A DNA stretch of 64,000 nt from Camelus ferus. Lineage: Eukaryota. Below, in pieces: positions 56,751-64,000 of this stretch. The DNA is taken from assembly GCF_009834535.1 (NCBI RefSeq), contig NC_045697.1, forward strand, positions 119,414,001-119,478,000, given 5' to 3'. The translations under genes and the position numbers were made by a program. Each line of letters opens with the position of its first letter. Within the stretch, counting starts at the first letter, position 1. The notes beneath the pieces are model-generated. The model saw nothing but the letters and a program-made list of their open reading frames with translations, was not told the DNA's origin and ran no database searches.

Positions 56751-59700
56751 TGTGCAACATGAATGAAAGTCTCACCCCATGCTCATTTCTGAGAGATAAG
56801 TGTGTGTGAAAGCCATCTTTCACCTAGCTTGTTGGGAACACAAAGTATATTTTAAGTTGGAAACTACACTCCATACATATATATGGGGAGGTACTAGCTC
56901 CAACTATGTTTTACATTGAAAACTGTAGGAACTTCAAACCGGTACTATGAAAAATACTGAGAAACCAGAGTAAAAGTTTCTACTGCAACCCTTTCCATTT
57001 ATGCTTGATGAACGTATGTCTCTCCCCATGCTCAATTCTGAGAGATAAATGTGTGTGATAGCCGTTCTTCACCTAGATTTTTGGGAACACAAAGTTTCTT
57101 TTCAGTTGCATAATACACTCCATACATGTATTTGAGGAGGTAAAATTCCAACTCCGTTTTACCGTGAAAACTGCAGGAATTATAAAAGGGGCTAGGAAAC
57201 AGACTGAGAAACCTGTGAAAATTTTCTCCTTCAACAAGTTCCCGTTGTGCTAGATGAATGAACGTCTCTCCACATGTTCATTTCTGTGAGGTAAGTGTGT
57301 GTGAAAGCAGTCATTCACCTAGCATGTTATGACACAAAGTTTCTTTAGAGATGCAAACTACACTCCATACATATATATGTGTATGTACAATTTCCAACAC
57401 GGTTTAAAGTGAAAACTTCAGGAAATTCAAACTGCCATTTGTAAACAAACTGAGAAAACAGACTAAAAGTTTTTCCTTAAAACGGTTCCCTTTTTGCTAG
57501 ATGAACGAACGTGTCAGCACATGCTAAGTTCTGAGAAATATATGTGTGTATGAAAGCCGTCCTTCACCTAGCTTGTTGGGAACACAATGTTTCTTTTCAG
57601 GTGCAAACTAAACTCAAAACTTATATACGGGTGGTAAAAGCTGCAAATCCGTTTTACAGTGAAAACTGCAGGAACTTCAAACCGGCACTAGGAAAATGAC
57701 TGAGAAACCAGAGTAATAATTTCTCCTGCAAACCGTTCCATTTGTGCTGGATGAACGAAAGTCTCTCCACATGCTAAGTTCTGAGAGATAACTGTGTATG
57801 AAAGCCAGTCCTTCAACTAGTTTGTTGGGAAAACAAAGATTCTTTAACTTACCAACTTCACTCCATACATATATATTTGTGCTACAAGTTCCAACACCGT
57901 TTTACAGTGAAAACTGCAGGAACTTCAAACCGGCACTAGGAAACATAATGAGAAACCAGAGTAAACTTTCTCCTACAAACCGTTCCATGTGGTAGATGAA
58001 CGAAAGTATCTCTACATGCACTCTATGAGATATAAGAGTGTGTGAAAAGCCTTACTTCACTTTGCTTTTTGGGAACACAAAGATCGTTTCCAGTTGCCAA
58101 ACAACTCTCCATAATTATATAGGGGAGGTACTAGCTCACAACTCCGTTTTACAGTGAAAACTGCTGGATTTCAAACAGGCAATGACAACAGACAGAGAAA
58201 CCAGAGTAAAAAGATTCTCCTGCAGACCCGTTCCCTTTGTGCTCGATGAACCGAACGTCTCTCCCCATGCTCATTCCTGAGAGATAAGTGTGTGCTGAAA
58301 GCCATCCTTCAACTAGCTTGTTGAGAATACAAAGTTATCTTTTTCAGTTGCTATCTCCACTCCATAATATATTACGGGGAGGTACTAGCTCCGAAATCTG
58401 TTTTACAGTGAAAACTGCAGGTACTTCAAACCGGCACTAGGAAACAGACTGAGAAACCAGAGTAAAAATTTCTCCTGAAACACACTTTTCCATTGTGCTA
58501 GATGAAGGAACGTCTCTCCACATGCTCAGTTCTGAGACAATAAGTGAGTGTGAAATCCGTCATTCACAAGCTTGTTAGGAAGACAAAGATTCTTTTCAGT
58601 TGCAAAGCCATACCATACATATATAAGGGGAGGTACTAGATCCAACACAGTTTTACAGTGAAAAATACAGGAACTTCAATCCGGCACTAGGAAACAGACT
58701 TAGAAACCAGAGTAAAAGTTTCTCCTGTAAATTTTCCCTTTGTGCTAGATGAACGAACGTCTCTCCACATGCTCAGGTCTGAGAGATAATTGTGTGTGAA
58801 AGCCGTCCTTCACCTATCTTGTTGGGAACACAAGTTTCTTTTCAGTTGCAAACTCCACTCCATACATATATATGGGGGAGGCACTAGCTCCAACTCGGTT
58901 TTACAGTGAAAACTGTAGTAGCTTCAACCGGCACTAGGAAACAGACTGAGAAACCAGAGTAAAAGTTGCTCCTGCAACCCGTTCCCTTTGTGCTAGATGA
59001 ACGAAAGTCTCTCCAAATGCCTCATTTCTGAGAGTTAAGTGTGTGTGAAAGCCGTCCTTCACATAGCTTGTTGGAACACAAAGTTTCTTTCATGTGCAAA
59101 CTCCACTCCATACATATATATAGGGAGGTACTACTCCACCTCGGTTTTACAGTGAAAACTGCAGGAACTTCTAACTGGCACTAGGAAACAGACTGAGAAA
59201 CCAGAGTAAAAGTTTCTCCTGAAACCTGTTCCCTTTGTTCTAGATGAACAAGGTCTCTCCACAACCTCATTTCAGAGAGATAATGGTGTTTGAAAGACGT
59301 CCTTCACCTAGAATGTTGGGAACAAAAGGTTCTTTTCATTTGCAAACTCCACTCCATTCATATATACGGGGAGGTACAAGCTCCAACTCCGTTTTACAGT
59401 GAAACTGCAGGAACTTCTAACCGGCACTAGGAAACAGACTGAGAAACCAGTGTAAAAGTTTCTTCTGCAAACCGTTCCCTTTGTGCTAGATGAAAGAACG
59501 ACTCTCCTCATGCTCAGTTCTGAGAGGTAAGAGGTGTGAAAGCCGTCCTTCATTTAACTTGTTGGGAACACAAAGTTTCTTTTAAGGTGCAAACTCCAAT
59601 CCATACATATATATGGGGAGGTACTAGCTCCAACTCGGTTTTACAGTGAAACTGCAGGAACTTCAAACTGGCACCAGGAAACAGACTGAGAACCAAAGTT

Positions 59701-61277
59701 AAAGTTTCCCCTGCATACCGTTCCTTTTGTGCTAGATGAACGTACGTCTCTCCGCATGCTCATTTCTGAGAGATAAGTGTGTGTGAAAGCCGTCCTTTAC
59801 CTAGCTTGTTGGAAACAAAAAGTTTCTTTTCGGTTGCAAAATTCTGTCCATACGTATATATGGGGAGGAACCAGCTTCAACTCTGCTTTACAGTGAAAAC
59901 TGCAGGAAAATCCAACCGGAAATAGGAAACAGACTGAGAAATCATAGTAATAGTTTCTCTTGCAACCAGTTCCATTTCTGTTAGATAAACGAACTTCTCT
60001 CCCCATGCTCATGTCTGAGAGATATTGTGTGGTGAAAGCCGTAGTTCAACTAGCTTGTTGGGAAAAACAAAGTTACTTTTCAATTGCAAACTAAAATCCA
60101 TACATTTATATGGGTAGGTACTATCTCCAACAGGGTTTTACAGTGAAAAATACAGGAAATTGGAAACAACTGTAGGAAACAGACTGAGAAACCACAGTAA
60201 ATTTTCTCCTGCAAACATTTTCCTTTGTGCTAGATGAACGAAAGTCTTTCCCCATGCTCAGTTCTGAGAGATAAGAGTGTGTGAAACCGTCCTTCACATA
60301 GCTTGTTGGGAACAGAAAGTTTCTGTTCAGTTGCAACTAAATTCCATCCATATATATGGGGAGGTAAGAGATTCCAATTCGGTTTTACAGTGAAAAATGT
60401 GGGAATATCAAACCGGCACAAGGAAAACAGACTGAGAACCCAGAGTAAAAGTTTCTCCTGCAACCCGATCCATTTGTGCGAGATGAACGAATTTCTCTCC
60501 ACATGCACTGTTATGAAATATAATTGTGAGTGAAAACCGTCCTTCACCTAGATTGTTGGGGACACAGTTTCTTTTCATTTGCAAACTCCACTCCATACAT
60601 ATATATGGGAAGTACTAGCTCCCAATCGGGTTTAAAGTGAAAACTGCAGGAAATTCAAACTGGAACAATGAAACAGACTGAGAAAACAGAGCCAAAGTTT
60701 ATACAGCAACCATTTCCCTTTGTATACATGAACGAAATTCTTTCCACATTGTCAGTTCTGAGAGATAACTGAGTTTGAAAGCCGTACTTTACCTTGTTTG
60801 TTGGGAACACAAAATTTCTTTTCAGTTGCAAACTACACTCCATACATATATATGGGGAGGTACAATTTCCACCTCGATTTTACAGTGAAAACTGAAGAAA
60901 TTCAAATGGAATCTAGGAAAAATACTGAGAAACCAGAGTAATAATTTCTCCTGCAAACAGTTCCGTTTGTGCAAGATGAACGAAAGTCTCACCCCATGCT
61001 CATTTCTGAGAGATAAGTGTGTGTGAAAGCCGTCTTTCACCTAGCTTGTTGGGAACACAAAGTATATTTAAGTTGCAAACTACACTCCATACATATATAT
61101 GGGGAGGTACTAGTTCCAACTAGGTTTTACATTGAAAACTGTAGGAACTTCAAACCGGTACTATGAAAATACTGAGAAACCAGAGTAAAAGTTTCTACTG
61201 CAACCCTTTCCATTTATGCTTGATGAACGTATGTCTCTCCCCATGCTCAATTCTGAGAGATAAATGTGTGTGAAAGC

Positions 61278-61377
61278 NNNNNNNNNNNNNNNNNNNNNNN
61301 NNNNNNNNNNNNNNNNNNNNNNNNNNNNNNNNNNNNNNNNNNNNNNNNNNNNNNNNNNNNNNNNNNNNNNNNNNNNN
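61278..61377. other. Assembly gap, exactly 100 N
   Basis: Run of 100 n. This length is the usual placeholder for a gap of unknown size. Confidence 0.99.
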
Positions 61378-64000
61378 CATATATATGGGGAAGTACTAGC
61401 TCCCAATCGGGTTTAAAGTGAAAACTGCAGGAAATTCAAACTGGAACAGTGAAACAGACTGAGAAAACAGAGCAAAAGTTTATACAGCAAACATTTCCCT
61501 TTGTGATACATGAACGAAATTCTTTCCAAAATCTCATTTCTGAGAGATAACTGTGTGTGAAAGCCATACTTTACCTAGCTTGTTGGGAACACAAAGTTTC
61601 TTTTCAGTTGCAAACTACACTCCATACATATATATGGGGAGGTACAATTTCCACCTAGATTTACAGTGAAAACTGCAGGGAACTTCAAATGGAATCCAGG
61701 TAAAATACTGAGAAACCAGGAGTAATAGTTTCTCCTGCAAACCGTTCCATTTGTGCAAGATGAATGAAAGTCTCTCCCCATGCTCAATTCTGAGAGATAT
61801 GTGTGTGTGAAAGCCGTTCTTCACCTAGATTTTTGTGAACACATAGTTTCTTTTCAGTTGCATACTACACTCCATACATATATTTGTGGAGGTAAAACTC
61901 CAACTCCGTTTTACAGTGAAAACTGCAGGAATTACAAAAGGCGCTAGGAAAAAGACTGAGAAACCTGTGAAAATTTTCTCCTGCAACGAGTTCCCGTTGT
62001 GCTAGATGAATGAACGTCTCTCCACATGTTCATTTCTGTGTGGTAAGTGTGTGTGAAAGCAGTCATTCACCTAGCATGTTCTGACACAAAGTATCTTTAG
62101 AGTTGCAAACTACACTCCATACATATATATGTGTATATACAATTTCCAACACGGTTTAAAGTGAAAACTTCAGGAAATTCAAACTGCCATTTGTAAACAA
62201 ACTGAGAAAACACAGGTAAAAGGTTTTCCTTCAAACGGTTCCCTTTTGCTAGATGAACGAACGTGTCAGCACATGCTAAGGTCTGAGAAATATATGTGTG
62301 TATGAAAGCCGTCCTTCACCTAGCTTGTTGGGAACACATAGTTTCTTTATGTTGCAAACTAAACTCAATACTTATATATGGTTGGTACTAGCTGCAACTC
62401 CGTTTTACAGTGAAAACTGCAGGAACTTCAAACCGGCACTAGGAAAATGACTGAGAAACCAGAGTAAAAGTTTCTCCTGCAACCCGTTCCCTTTGTGCTA
62501 GATGAACGAAAGTCTCTCCAAATGCTCAGTTCTGAGAGATAACTGTGTGTGAAAGCCGTACTTCACCTAGCTTGCTGGGAACACAAAGTTCATTTTGGGT
62601 GCAAAATCCTCTCCAAACATATATATAGGGAGGTAATAGATCCAACTCGGTTTTACAATGAAAACTGTAGGAACTTCAAACTGGCACTTGGAAACAGACA
62701 GTGAAACTAGAGTAAACGTTTCCCTGCCAACCCGTTCACTTGGTGCTAGATGAACGAACGTCTCTCCACATGCTCATTTCTGAGAGTTAAGTGTGTGTGA
62801 AAGCCGTCCTTCACATAGCTTGTTGGGAAACACAAAGTTTCTTTCATGTGCAAACTCCACTCCATACATATATATAGGGAGGTAATACTCCAACTCGGTT
62901 TTACAGTGAAAACTGCAGGAATTTCAAACTGGCACTAGGAAACAGACTGAGAATCCAGAGTAAAAGTTTCTCCTGCAACCTGTTCCGTTTGAGCTAGATG
63001 AACAAAAGTCTCTCCACATGCTCAGTTCAGAGAGATAATGGTGTGTGAAAGACGTACTTCACCTAGAATGTTGGGAACAAAAAGGTTCTTTTCATTTGCA
63101 AACTCCACTCCATTCATATATATGGGGAGGTACAAGCTCCAACTTGGATTTACAGTGAAAACTGCAGTAACATCAAACCAGCACTAGGAAACAGACTGAG
63201 AATCCAGTGTAAAAGTTTCTTCTGCAAACCTTTCCCTTTGTGCTAGATGAAAGAACGTCTCTCCTCATGCTCAGTTCTGAGAGGTAAGTGGTGTGAAAGC
63301 CGTCCTTCACTTAACTTGTTGGGAACACAAAGATTCTTTTCAGGTGCAAACTCCAATCCATACATATATATGGGGAGGTACTAGCTCCAACTCGGTTTTA
63401 CAGTGAAACTGCAGGAACTTCAAACTGGCACTAGGAAACAGACTGAGAAACCTGAGTTAAAGTTTCTCCTGCTACCGTTTCCATTTGTACTAGATGAACG
63501 GATGTCTCTCCCCATGCTCAGTTCTGTGTGAAAAGTGTGTGTGAAAGCCGCCTTCACATAGCTTGTTTGAAACACAAAGATACTTTTTAGTTGCAAACTA
63601 CACTCCATTCATATATTAGGGGAGGTACTACATTCAACTCGTTTCTACTGAAAAACCTGCATGAAATTCAAACCGGCATCAGGGATATACCTGAGAATCC
63701 AGAGTAAAAGTTTCCCCTGCATACCGTTCTTTTGTGCTAGATGAACGAACGTCTCTCCCCATGCTCATTTCTGAGAGATAAGTGTGTGTGAAAGCCGTCC
63801 TTTACCTAGCTTGTTGGGAACAAAAAGTTTCTTTTCGGTTGCAAAATTCTGTCCATACGTATATATGGGAGGAACCAGCTCCAACTCTGCTTTACAGTGA
63901 AAGCTGCAGGAAAATCCAACCCCAACTAGGAAACAGACTGAGAAATCATAGTAATAATTTCTCTTGCAACCAGTTCCATTTCTGTTAGATAAACGAACTT
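61378..64000 (+). repeat. Near-identical copy of ~53159-55780 (offset ~8220)
   Basis: 63961-64000 equals 55741-55780. ORFs 55199/63420 are nearly identical. Shared rare variants ctgcaacgagtt, ctaaggtctgag and aaacagacagtg. Confidence 0.93.

Larger units (their letters stand above)
1..64000 (+). repeat. Tandem satellite DNA array, ~248-249 bp monomer, ~258 copies, single orientation
   Basis: Motifs gtgaaagccgt, ccatacatatatatgggg, ttttacagtgaaaactgcagg and ctagatgaacgaacgtctctcc recur every ~248-249 bp throughout (first gtgaaagccg at 6, next at 255). No unique sequence or inverted segment seen. Confidence 0.99.

Noticed and set aside
25..63988. About 150 short ORFs (60-151 aa) on both strands, many repeated
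   Set aside because: All are frame translations of the satellite monomer (e.g. FYSENCRNFKPALGNRLRNQS), broken by stops and frameshifts in sister copies, with no recognisable domain or frame conservation. Used only as periodicity markers.
1..64000. CRISPR-like repeat/spacer array or cassette array
   Set aside because: The whole ~248-bp unit is homologous between copies. There are no unique spacers or cassettes and no cas or integrase genes.
1..64000. Transposon insertion or strand inversion within the array
   Set aside because: None seen. The monomer phase continues on the same strand throughout, apart from the N gap.

Overview
The whole 64-kb window is one head-to-tail tandem satellite array of a ~248-249 bp monomer (about 258 copies, all in the same orientation), broken only by a 100-N assembly gap at 61278-61377. 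Consensus read by eye (249 bp, ~45% GC): tgtgtgtgaaagccgtccttcacctagcttgttgggaacacaaagtttcttttcagttgcaaactccactccatacatatatatggggaggtactagctccaactcggttttacagtgaaaactgcaggaacttcaaaccggcactaggaaacagactgagaaaccagagtaaaagtttctcctgcaacccgttccctttgtgctagatgaacgaacgtctctccacatgctcagttctgagagataag. I see no credible protein-coding gene, RNA gene, transposon or CRISPR array; every listed ORF is a chance translation of the monomer. The informative content is the higher-order repeat (HOR) structure. Neighbouring monomers are clearly diverged and fall into about 25 recognisable types. These are arranged as a near-identical 28-monomer HOR (6943 bp, ~3.15 copies, ~10231-32080), an older and different domain to the left (1-~9080), and a patchwork of 5-, 8-, 13-, 15- and 17-monomer variant units to the right, joined through in-register chimeric monomers. 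This resembles eukaryotic centromeric/pericentromeric satellite (inference). I cannot assign the species or a named satellite family. Monomer letters used below are my own labels, and boundaries are approximate to within tens of bases.
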